Source of the DNA: Octopus sinensis
Taxonomy: Eukaryota
Direction of reading: 5' to 3'
Assembly: GCF_006345805.1 (NCBI RefSeq)
Contig: NC_043002.1
Span: 14,446,001 to 14,510,000 of the forward strand
DNA length: 64,000 nt
Shown here: positions 10,331 to 22,461 of the stretch, one piece after another
Layout of the letters: each line of letters begins with the position of its first letter
How positions within the stretch are numbered: position 1 is the stretch's first letter
Program-made: the position numbers and the translations under genes
Notes under the pieces: generated by a model
Told to the model about the DNA's origin: nothing
The model's database searches: none
Seen by the model: the letters and a program-made list of their open reading frames with translations, nothing else

Positions 10331-12459
10331 TATAATACTTATTCATTCAGATTGTTTTCAAGTAATCATGTATTATTATGTAGCTTTGAGATTCCAATGA
10401 TGTGATCACCTACTTTTAGAATGATATTGTCTGGTAGGTGTTAGACGCCGAATCTGTACAGTTTGGACATAAGATATGTAGAATAATTTGGCCGGATATG
10501 ACCGGTTTAAATACCAAAAGGATAAAGTATACACTCAACAGTCAGACGGTTTTGGCTCGTTCCAAGGCAGTTGTTATGCGCTTTCTTTTAATATCGCAGC
10601 CTACACCTCTCTGGGCGGGAAAGAGAGATGCGGCGGATGAAGGAAGGCTCTGTTTTCTCCAGCATAAATGCTTCTTCTACGCAAATATGAGCCAGATGGT
10701 TATTTTTACAATATTATTAATCCTAAAATCTGTTCTAGCTGTCCCCATATGGATGACGATGTGCAAGCATAGTATACTGACCTGCGGTGAAACATATGCC
10801 AATTATACGTTAAAAGCATATATAGATCTAATATGGACACCGAGAACTTTTCTATCCTGACATACATTTATCTCCATGGCTGAATCGAAGCCGTCATGGA
10901 GGCTGGGACTTGTTTTATTGAATAATTCGTTTCTATAACATGTCTCAGTTGAATGAACATCATTACTCTGTTTGATGAAAATATATATGGATAAAAATTG
11001 ATGATCTTTAACATTTTATAGAACAATATGATTAAACGACAGAGCATTCCAATAAACGTTTTCCTTTTTCTTGTGAATCCTGAAATGGTCTTTTCTAGAA
11101 GGATTTTGATGATAGTTCGGCTAAGTTACAAATGATATATCGCTCGATATCAAATTGATCTTTTCGTGTTTTTTAACCGACAATAATTTATCCATAGCCG
11201 TAGAGCTCTCATAAATTTTTAACTCATACCTTAACCCTGTGTAGTATCAAAACTTCTTATAGCAGCCATTTAACTATTTCTTTTTTCTTTACGTGCATAT
11301 CGAATCTTCTCTCCCAATTCTTTCACCTCTCCTTTTCTTTCTTTTTCATTCAGTCATTTTTTCTTTGTCCATCTAGTTCTGTTCTTTTAAGAATCATCCT
11401 GTTCAGTTCAATTTTCGAAATTGCATAATATTTTTAGGACGGCTATGTTAACCTTTGTCACCGCCTTTTTCTTTCCCTTCTCTCACTTAATTTTTATCTC
11501 CCACTCCATCTATCTACTAATATACCAATCTATCCAACTATCGGTCTATCTACAGCTCTGTTCTATGTCTGGCTTTTTTGATATCTATCTATCTCTCTAT
11601 CTATCTCATCTATTCTCTCTCTGTCTCTAAAATTATAACATCTCATTCAAATCTCACAAATTTTTGCTCGCTTTTATTCTGCATGAAGTAATTTTTCATC
11701 ACCATCTATCATTTTCTTCTTCCTCATTCAAAGTCGTAAACTCTGTATTTTCATTTCTCTGTAGTTCTCTATTCACCAACCCCTACTCACTCAAATTCAT
11801 TCAGTTTTCAAGCGTCCATCTCTTGCAATTTTTTTGAAATTTTTTTTGTTCATATAATACTGTCTATTTTCCATTATACATTTCAGTCTCTGTATATTTT
11901 TACTTTTTTTCTGCAACCCATCATTCTTCAACTCTCTATTACTCTTTATCTTCCCTACCTCATTATTGACTTTTGATTGCTTTTACTATCTTTGACCTTT
12001 TTATAAATCAGTACTCTTCTGGTCAATGGCCAGTGATCGAATTTAGATATTTTTATCATCTCTCCGGCTTGGTTTTGTTAAGAATACCGAACAAAAGGGG
12101 AAAAAAGCAAAGCATATAACATAAAACTAAAAACATTAGCCTGATTCAAATATCTTTCAATATTGTTTTTGAACTTATCTTACAGGACTGGAGTGTTTTG
12201 TGAGAAAAATAATCATTTTTCAGGTTTCGATAGCGCACTGAAGCTTAAAATAGACACTTGTTATCATGGGTGCATATCATATTTGCAGAGTTTTGACAGA
12301 TAAGTAATTGAATGGAGTCAATGCTCACTATAGGTCAGAGATCACGGCATTGTACACTTCAAATGTGCCGTTGCATATGTGTGCGTGCATCATGGTTATC
12401 GCCGACTATATGAGAATTTAAAACACTGCATCATATAGAAATCAATTGCAAGGAGCAGA

Positions 12460-12714
12460 GAAATCTATATACATACATATATATTTATTATGCATGTATG
12501 TATTTATGTATGTATGTGTGTATTTGTGTGTATCTATATATCTAAGTCCTCAGTATATAAATATTTCTGTAAATATGCATGCATGTTTATATATATATAT
12601 ATATATATTTGTATTTACATGTGTATATAAATATATATACGTTCATGTATATATGTGTATATATGTATATATATATATGTTTATATAAATATATATATAT
12701 ATATCAATATATAA

Positions 12715-12764
<50 letters not shown>

Positions 12765-12950
12765 GTGTATATATATGTATATATATGTATATATATATAT
12801 ACATATATATATGTATATATATATGTATATATATATACATATATATATATATATACATATATATACATATATATATATACATATATATATACATATATAT
12901 ATATATATACTTAAGTGTGTGTATGTGTGAGTGAGTGTGTGTGTGTGGTC
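12460..12950. repeat. Long (TA)n/(TATG)n/(TG)n microsatellite
   Basis: Read directly. Confidence 0.95.
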
Positions 12951-14879
12951 ATTCACGTGCACATACATGCAAAACAAGGCGGGTACTGTAGGACGTGAAT
13001 AGCAAATATAGCATATAATTCTTTATTGGAGTTGAAGATCTAGAGAAACGATTACTCCGTGTTTCACAAAACCGATCCTTAGGCAAAAATAAAGTTTTCA
13101 GCCGATGCAATAGCTTTAGTGGTTTTCGGGAATGGAATGTGTATTATGCGTGAAATTCTTAAATATACATTTAAAGTCGTTTAAACTAAACCACCTAGAG
13201 TATTTGAACCATAGAGAGATGTTTATGCTAACTAATACATCGAGGAAAAGACGATAATTTTAAAATATCAAATTTGAAGCTGTTGCTTCTACGAGCGAAA
13301 AAACCAAATATGTTTGCTTTCGTTTGTTCGGAGAATTGAAAATATAGAATCAAATATTAGTCAACGAAACACCGTTTAAGATAAATATTCTATAGTCGAT
13401 CCAATTAAGGATCTACGAAGAATAGTTTTCCTATTTTCTTTGAACATTTTTCAATAAGATTTCTTTATTAATTCTTAATGTTTGATTTGGAGCCATTGCT
13501 TTCTGTTAAGCAATTAAAATTTCGTGACCTTCACTAACCTGTTTTCAGCGTAAAGCAATATTAATAGTGTCTTCCAGTTCGCTCGCTTTGCTGCACGTCT
13601 GAAATATCATAGGAATACTTTTAGAACTAATAATGTCTTGAATCCCTGGTTTAGAATATATACAAACATTGCTGTACATTACCGTTGACATATCTCTATG
13701 AAAGGGTGATTCTTGTAATTTTCTTATTATCATAGTTGTGTTTTATTTTTATTTTCTATAAAATTCTAATTAAAGGCGTATTTACTAGAGTGCGAAACTA
13801 TACTAATACTTGAAGCATCCCAGGAAATTCTTCAGAGTTTGTAGAAAATCTGGTATGGTATCCACCATATATATCGATAGGTGATTCACCAACTTTCTCT
13901 TAATGATTATAATTCTGATTAGCTTATTCTTAGATACATTTCGCTGTGTTATAATCCATTCGTATTATCGTAATCATATTGTGGAACGATTAATTATCGT
14001 TAGCACTTTTATAAGTTGTTTTGTCTGATACAGTATATGTGCTCCTTGACATTATTGGAACCGTATGCATTGGTATTAAATGCATCGTTTAACCTCATTT
14101 TACATTTGAACATTGAATTTATCCAGTCAGCAGAAACCCAAGATCAATGACATGTATTTTTCTCCCTGTTTCGTTGTGCCGTTTAAGTTTTCCCGTTAAG
14201 TTTAGTGGATTACTTTTGGAAGAGAAGTTTCATTCAACTTACAATTTAATAACGGAAAATCGTTTACCAGTTCTTAGAATATCATTTCAGTTTACTGCTT
14301 TGCTTTCCGTATTTAATTATTTCTTTTGTCATTATGGTTTGAATTTTTGTTAGATATTCTGACTGGAACATAACGTTACCTGTATACTTAGGTGTGGAGG
14401 ACATTCCGTGTCGATCGATCTTAATTCCCAATTCGTTTACATCTAAATGGAGTTTCTGAGACATTTCTTCTGAGCAGCCTATGACAATTTTGGGGTAATC
14501 CAATCAGCTATTTTACGCATTCTGTAATGAAATGTAGTTTGAAATTTTTTTGTAGCGTGTTGAAAAATGTAGATACAGTACATGCGATTTAAGACGCTGA
14601 CTGAAGCTGATTTACCCATTCATTTGGCTGTCCTTGCCGCCGTGCGTCTACAGGATTGATGTATTGTTTTAGTACTCTATTTGACTGCACACCCAAACGA
14701 AACGATCCGAAGGTCGTTAAATAGGTAATTGTAAAGGTAGAAGAACGAAATTTCTATGCATATTTGCCATAACACAAGGGTTTCTAATTTTGACACAAGG
14801 TCAGTAATCTTGAGTGCATTTAGTTATTCAGTATCATTGACCACAGGACATGACCACTACATTGCTTTATCGACACGTG

Positions 14880-15223
14880 TATAAATGGTGATGTTGACCT
14901 TGTTATGTTTTGAACTCGAAATACTTCAAGGCACTTACAGGTGAATTCATCTACGAAGCAATTGTCCCAGGACCCCTTCAAGGTTGGCGAAAGCGATGTG
15001 GTGCACAACGAAAAACCTGGCGGATGACAGTCAAGGCTGATCTGGAAACCAACCTAGGCCCCCATATCTACGGCGTTCGACGCTGGAATAAGGAGTGGTT
15101 GGAGATCACGCGGTCGTTAGCCTCAAATCGCCAGGCCTAGTTTGTGAGAGATGCAGCATTGAGGATGCATGAAGCCAGCTCAACCCACTCCGGGTAAATG
15201 CTGTCAAGTCAAGTCAAGTCAAG
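14880..15223 (+). mobile_element. RTE-clade LINE 3' end, 5'-truncated
   Basis: PLQGWRKRCGAQRKTWRMTVKADLE...GPHIYGVRRWNKEW...ASNRQA matches an RTE C-terminus; (CAAGT)n tail at 15203-15223. Confidence 0.75.
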
Positions 15224-16599
15224 GCACTTACTCCTACGCTAACGATTCTCTTGGCCGCCATCCATATTTATAGACCTGGATGGTATTATCTAATATCTAC
15301 CATCAAAATATGGGAAATCTTACATTTTATGCCGATATCATATTAAGGTCTTGTATTGCAGAATATCAGATATTTTTGGAGGACAACAGAATTGCCACTT
15401 TAGCCTGCAAAGGTTTTAATCATATAATGAATGCAGAAATTTGACGAATGAATTTTTTTTTAAAGGATAAAAACAGTAGTACACAAACTTAGAGCTTTAT
15501 GGAGGATCTAGTTATACTTTGTTATGGTGGCCATAAGACCAGCTTCAATGAAAGGAAATGTGTTATGTCATCACTTGTAATTGCTGCAGATATTACTACC
15601 AAAGCTTGAATCATGCTATTTACAAATTTAGGTACTCAGTAATATCACGGCATTATTCTTTTTTGCGAGGGAGTAGGTTTTATCATTGATCGAAAGAACT
15701 ACTATTGCTTCATCATAAATAGCTCTCCTATCGAAGATTTCTATTCTTAATGCTTCTACCTTTGTTATTCATTGGGTTCTTGAACACTATTTTCAAGTGG
15801 CGTTTTATAAATTATGAACAAGCTACTGTTTAAATCCAAGGTAGTAACCAGGAAATTAAATGAAGTTTAGCTCAATACTTATTGTAAGGCAAATATGTCG
15901 AACGTTTGACTAATAGACTTTCATATTTCAATTTATTGCCCACTTAAATTTATATAAACAGGTAATATGTATATGCAGTTTAGACAAAATGACCGTTGTC
16001 AAATTCGATCAACCGTCCACTAGATGAAAATAGATCAAATGCAATTTTGATCAAATTTGATCTACTGTTCATGGTCAGCATAGCATGGTCAGCATTGCAC
16101 ATATCCTGGATGGCTAAGGTAAAGTGAAACCATTGTGGGTGGCTAAAGAGCAGCAGTGTCAGTTCAATATAAGACACCGGTTGATTGTTGGATAAATTAT
16201 GCTTTCGGAAGTTCATTTCTATTTCTCCTTGGTTAGATGTCGTGGGGACGCCTCAATCATTGTATTAAGAAATATGGTTCTCTTTCTCCCAGAAAGTGAG
16301 ATTCGTTTCATGAAATCATAAGCAGATTTGCCCATAAGCCTACTCACACTCACCTATATGGCTAGGAGTTTGGCTTAGATACAAGATTCTCTGTCAGGTT
16401 GCTAAATTGAAAATTTTCAGGTCTTGCTCCATTTTCTTATATGACAAAGTTCAATCAGAATAATTTGCTTTGAGGAAATTGCGACCACTACAATGCCCGG
16501 TTGTACACCACTCTTGTGGATGATATCAAGTCATAAGTAGGTAGATTTAGCTACAGAAAGTAACTAATATTCTACTTGCAAGTCAAACATTCTTATTAT

Positions 16600-17201
16600 T
16601 ACTTATTTCTTTATTGCCCACAAGGGACTAAACATAGAAATGACAAACAAGGACAGACAAAGGGATTAAGTCGCTTACATCGACCCTAGTACACAACTGG
16701 TTCGTAATTTGTCGACCCCGAAAGGATGAAAGGCAAAGTCGACCTCGGCGGAATTTGAACTCAGGAAGTAACGGCAGACGAAATACCTATTTCTTTACTA
16801 CCCACAAGGGGCTAAACACAGAGAGGACAAACAAGGACAGACAGACGGATTAAGTCGATTATATTGACCCCAGTACACAACTGGTACTTAATCTATCGAC
16901 CCCGAAAGGATGAAAGGCAAAGTCTACCTCGCCGGAATTTGAACTCAGAACGTAAAGATAAACGAAATACCTATTTCTTTATTATCCACAAGGGGCTGAA
17001 CACAGAGAGGACAAAGAAGGGCAGACAAACGGATTAAGTCGATTATATCGATCTCAGTGCGTAACTGGAACTTATTTAATTGACCCCGAAAGGATGAAAG
17101 GGAAAGTCGACCTCGGCGGAATTTGAACTCAGAACGTAGCGGCAGACGAAATACGGCTACGCATTTCGCCCGGCGTGCTAACGATTCTGCCAGCTCGCCG
17201 C
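16600..17201 (-). mobile_element. SINE family B trimer (one head plus three bodies)
   Basis: About 180-bp units joined at GAAATACCTATTTCTT; head only at 17150-17201. Confidence 0.9.
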
Positions 17202-19072
17202 ATTCAAACATTTTGGCGGTTGCTTGACCAGCGAGACGAAACACCTACGTCACGCGAATATTTCCATCAACCAGTTTAAAGAAGGAACCATACTATAAAA
17301 CAATTTAGTGTTGGCAAGCACTAGACGCATTGACCACGCCTGGAACGCTTCTGATGCTCTCTGTCCAGTCCAGGTCACTCTGATGTTATACAAGAATAAC
17401 AACTGCAAATTGGAAATGGAATTCAATTGAAAGAATATTCTACGGCTACGTTTGCATCAACCGACATATAACGTGATCGTCGCTTGCATGGAAACGAACG
17501 TGTAAATAGAAACTATAAATAAATAGTAACAACACAAAATATAGAACTAATCTGAGATATTGAAATAGGAAACTAATGCACTACCATGACAGATTCAATA
17601 TTTGTAATATCTTTTACTCATGCTTTTTTGTTTTTTTTTATATATTTTTCTAAGACATGCACAAGACTCAGTCAGAATAAGCTTGTGCTAATCGTACACA
17701 ACGTCATACTTAGGTCAATTTACCTGATATTTTCTTTCATTAAAACCATTTGAAATGTGTCAGAAAACTGTCAGGATTCCAATGTTCTTGTTTTCCGCCA
17801 TTATTTTACTGCTACCTTTTTTTAATTAGATGTTTTTTTAGTGTGTGTGTGCGTGTGTGTATGGTGGACTACTAATATGAAAATATATTCACTTCGCTCT
17901 TGGCTATATAATGTTTGTGATGCTTCTCCATTGTTAAACATTGAAAATTACTTTTTGGTAATATCTTGCCTCGAGCAGGTAATGTTATTGCATCATGTAA
18001 TTTTTTTCTCACCATATTGATTTATTCGTATTGATTTTTTATTTGAAGAGTTTTACTATGCCTTGAGCAATTTCTCATGTTAGTGTGCTTAAAAGACATA
18101 TTTCGAATACAAATTCACCACAGAACTCACGTTGAAATTGTACTTTACATAGAAATATTTTTTTCTAACATTCTTGGTCGAAAGGCAGTCTCTTTGAACG
18201 ATTTGCTTCATATGTTTCAGTCCTCTCTGCCTAAATTTTTTTCTATGTTATTCCTTTATATTAGCATCACACTATTTAGACTTAAAAACAGAAACCACAT
18301 GTTGTGATATTTGACGTTTCGCTAAAGGCCCCACCGGTGTAATAAAGTGTTACTCGCATGGGTATCATCATTGAGATATATGCGAATGGTGATTTCATAT
18401 TATCGAGCGCGTTGCATTAAAATATTATAGCAACTATTGCGAACGCCAACATTCAATGCATCCCTTAGCATACTGCTTTTAAATATTTCATTGCATAAAT
18501 TTGCAATAAGAATAGAAATAACTTTGCATATCAACATCTTGGGGTAAAGTCGATCGATCATTTTCTCAAAGAATAAATACTAATGTACAGGCTTTACATC
18601 TAAATCTCTCGAATCATTCTAGTAACCGTTACATATCTACCCTCAACTATGACACACATCTAAAACATAATAAATGAGACGTGTAGCATTTAATCGTAGG
18701 AGAGATGACCGATAAAGCATACAGACATAATCACGCTGATCCAGTGGGAAAAGAAAATTGTACTTTATATTGCTTCGAAAAGAGGATAGCCTAGTTTTAG
18801 GATTTTCTGTTCCTGGTTCGAGCAGTGCATCGTATCCTTAGGCAAGGATATTTTTCCCCGTGACTTTTGTTCACATAAACGGGGCATCTATGCCTGCCTA
18901 CAGCCTTTTAGCTTATTACAACAGATTGTGAGAACAAGTAAACAGGTTACGCGGCAATAAGCATGTGTGGAGAATAAATGTTTGAAATTTAAATACACAA
19001 ACACACACACACACGCACAAACAGAAATAGACACAAGCACACACACACAAACATACGCGCGCACACACACAT

Positions 19073-19137
<65 letters not shown>

Positions 19138-19618
19138 AATATAACTTACAAGAGGTTCAAGGGATATAAATAGTACCAAACACACATACACATGTTATGT
19201 GTTTTGCTAATTCGTGGTTAGGCTGCGTTTATTGGCGTAAGAGAATATATACTTATAAATGCGCCTGTCATACACAAGCGAGATAACTCGCACTTGGACC
19301 TATTCAGGAGCGATATACATCGATGTTTCGTCCTTATTATGATTTTATACTTATTATCTTCACAATGTTGACGTAAAACCGTTGTCCATCGCTTCTGAAT
19401 GGGATCTGGTGTGGGTTATCTTGCTTGTGTATGACTTCCTGGTGTTTTAACATCAAGTGCATTCATGAGGATATATTATCTCACGCCTATAAGCGAAGTC
19501 TACTTATCAACTAACAAAACACATAACTTGTGTATGCGTGTTCCATATTATATACATTGTACTATACACAAGCCTTGTGAGCGGATTTGGTTGATGGAAT
19601 CTGAAAGAAGACTGACGA

Positions 19619-19679
<61 letters not shown>

Positions 19680-19689
19680 ATTATGTGCG

Positions 19690-19905
19690 TATGTGGCTGT
19701 GTTTGTATCCCAACCCCCGTCATTGCTTGACAACCGATTCTCGGTGTTTATGTCTCCGTAACTTAACGGTTCGGCAGAAAAGACATATACAATTAGTATT
19801 AGGAGAAACAAAGAATAAGCCCTGCGGTCGACTTCGTCGTTAAAACATTTAAGGTGATGCTCCAGCATAGCCACAGTCAAGCGGCTGAAAAAACAATAAA
19901 GCAAT
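19690..19905 (+). mobile_element. SINE family A 3' half, diverged
   Basis: CATTGCTTGACAACCGAT...TCCAGCATAGCCACAGTC. Confidence 0.75.
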
Positions 19906-20079
19906 ATAAATAAACACACACGCACACATACATATATATATATATGTAAATTCTCCGCTTTACATTCAAATATTCAAGATTTGGGAGAATTCCTTGATGA
20001 CGTGTGTGTGTGTGTCTGTGTCCGTGCGTGCGTGTTTGGGAACACGTCCATGTTTATACTGCGTAACTTCGATTTTTCG

Positions 20080-20115
<36 letters not shown>

Positions 20116-20139
20116 TGCATGTATATACATATACATAAT

Positions 20140-20170
<31 letters not shown>

Positions 20171-20174
20171 GTAG

Positions 20175-20385
20175 TTAATCCAAACAAGAAAGCACAAAAA
20201 ACACAACAACGCGAGGACGTGGAAAAAATATAGTATAATTGGACGCTCAGGAAAGAAGGATAGAAGGAGGGTTTAACGTTTCGAGCGGAGCTCTTGTCGG
20301 AAACATAGGAGAAGGGAAGACAGAGGGAAAAAAATCGCCAAAGGTACACACGAGGTCACATTTTGAAAGACCGGAAGGAAATGGA
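20175..20385 (-). mobile_element. PLE pLTR-like repeat with degenerate type I hammerhead
   Basis: Homologous to 36565-36775; core CCGACAAGAGC lacks one G. Confidence 0.65.
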
Positions 20386-20520
20386 ATATATAATATATAT
20401 ATATATATATATATAATATATATATATATGTATGTATATATATATACATATACATATACATACCTACTTAACAATTTATATCTATCTATCAATGTATATA
20501 TCTATGTATATATATATATA

Positions 20521-21260
20521 ATATAAAAATAACAGGAACCAAGAGGTGGAACGAAACGACGTATCGGAACGAACCTGACGCGGGCCGCTGTCAGACAATA
20601 ATGTGATAAATAAAAATATATGCATACATACAAACATATATGTACGTACCTACATCTACATGTATATATACATGCATATATAAATAATTATACGTGAGTA
20701 CAGGACACCACAACAAGACGTAGAAACGGGAAAAACAAAACGTTAGAATTTTATTTTAATTCTCTCGCAGGAAGGCCCAGAGGATTAGTGTTCTGTCTTG
20801 CCTTCGAAACATGCTTGAGTCTACTTGAGACAGCTGATGACGGGAGTTTTTTCCTTGTGTAGCACGTCCCGTAAATGTTTTTTTTTTTTTTTTTTGTTTT
20901 TTTGTTTTTCCCGTTTCTACGTCTTGTTGTGGTGTCCTGTACTCACGTATAATTATTTATATATGCATGTATATATACATGTAGATGTAGGTACGTACAT
21001 ATATGTTTGTATGTATGCATATATTTTTATTTATCACATTATTGTCTGACAGCGCCCCGCGTAGGTTCGTTCCGATTCGTCGTTTTCTTCCACCTCTTGG
21101 TTCTTGTTATTTTTATATTATTATATTTAAGACGCGGAATTCTCTCCCTTTGCTTTACCCTCTCCACTCACTCTCCCTCCCACTCTTCCTCCTCTCTCTC
21201 TCAGCCGCGTGTCCCCCTCCTCCTTCCTCCTTCCTTACTGCCAGCCTATAAATTTTCTTT
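20521..21260. mobile_element. Fold-back pseudo-LTR-like element: about 215-bp inverted arms around a permuted HHR
   Basis: 20521-20738 is the near-exact reverse complement of 20895-21118; 21120-21260 matches the GA-rich part of the 9.7-kb unit. Confidence 0.7.
20788..20846 (+). ncRNA. Candidate non-circularly permuted hammerhead ribozyme
   Basis: GTGT-T-CTGTCT-TG-CCTTC-GAAA-CAT...AGACAG-CTGATGA-C-GGGAG. Confidence 0.55.
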
Positions 21261-21897
21261 GCAGAGTATATAAGCATGCACACACGCGCCCACATACGAA
21301 CATGAACGCATAAATACCTATGAATGGCTTTTCTTTACCCTCCACGACGTAGATTCAGTCCTTCAAGCGATTTGCCTGTTTATTAAATGTCTTTCGGCAT
21401 TCAATAAGCACGTGTTCAGTTCACATAAAATAGAAATACACTCAGCATACCATAGTATGTGACAGCGATTTGTCCCTTGGATTGCGGGCACATGCAGAGT
21501 GTTGACTTACTTGCCCACGGTCACTTTTACTTGATTAATTTTAACGTGGCGAGCAACACCGGTGTGTCAGCAAATAAAGCTGAATTATTTCGAATATGTT
21601 TCCTGTTCAAACGGATAATTAATCTGATTCAAATTAATTAATTAAATATTTTCACATAAAAGTTATGTAATATTTATATGAATGATGTTATTTGTATGAA
21701 GAAAGAATCGTAGAAAATTAAAATGGTATATTGAAGTTTTCGATTTCACCAGAATATGATTCTAAATATTTTGACCCTTGAACTACTATCAATCATTCTT
21801 ATTTATGGCTATTATATTGGAGTATATAATATGTTGGAGTTTAACGACCTATTAAAATTCGAGCTCTAATAACAGCACACACACATGTTGAATATAT

Positions 21898-21940
<43 letters not shown>

Positions 21941-21942
<2 letters not shown>

Positions 21943-22232
21943 CGGAGTAAACACATAAATGTGAAACAAGGTGGAAAAAGAGTACTCAAATACAGTGGTA
22001 GAGTAATTGCTTTATTTTAAGCAGCAGAAAATTCAACAAAATCTGTTACTCTGAGTTTCTCGTTGCCGTTCATCAGACAGTTTTTGCCCATTTCTTTTTG
22101 TTCTAATACATCCAATTATCGAAAACGTATAATTAATATTTTAAAACACCACGGAACGTGCAATAGCAGTATAATGACAGATTGTAGTTAATTATTCCTA
22201 ATTGTGAATTTTTTAAGACATAAGCGGACCTT
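21941..22232 (-). mobile_element. PLE pLTR-like repeat carrying a type I hammerhead
   Basis: Flanked by (TA)n; its 5' part recurs inverted at 29158-29316. Confidence 0.65.
22034..22087 (-). ncRNA. Minimal type I hammerhead ribozyme
   Basis: Minus strand: GCAAAAACTGT-CTGATGA-ACG-GCAA-CGA-GAAA-CTCAGAG-TA-ACAGATTTTGT; GUA triplet, extended stem I. Confidence 0.75.
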
Positions 22233-22238
22233 ATATAT

Positions 22239-22298
<60 letters not shown>

Positions 22299-22325
22299 TA
22301 TATATATATAATATATATATTATAT

Positions 22326-22369
<44 letters not shown>

Positions 22370-22461
22370 TATATTATATATAACTATAATCCTTAAATCC
22401 TTAAAATGCTTTAGCCTGAAGGCTGCGGCCATGCTGGGGCACCACCGCTGAATGAGCCACA

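Noticed and set aside
10438-10860. 140-aa plus-strand ORF
   Set aside because: No recognisable motif, and no ATG start or splice support; possibly decayed TE sequence.
16600-17201. Regular repeats of about 180 bp resembling a CRISPR-like array
   Set aside because: The units are homologous along their whole length (SINE bodies); no unique spacers and no cas genes.
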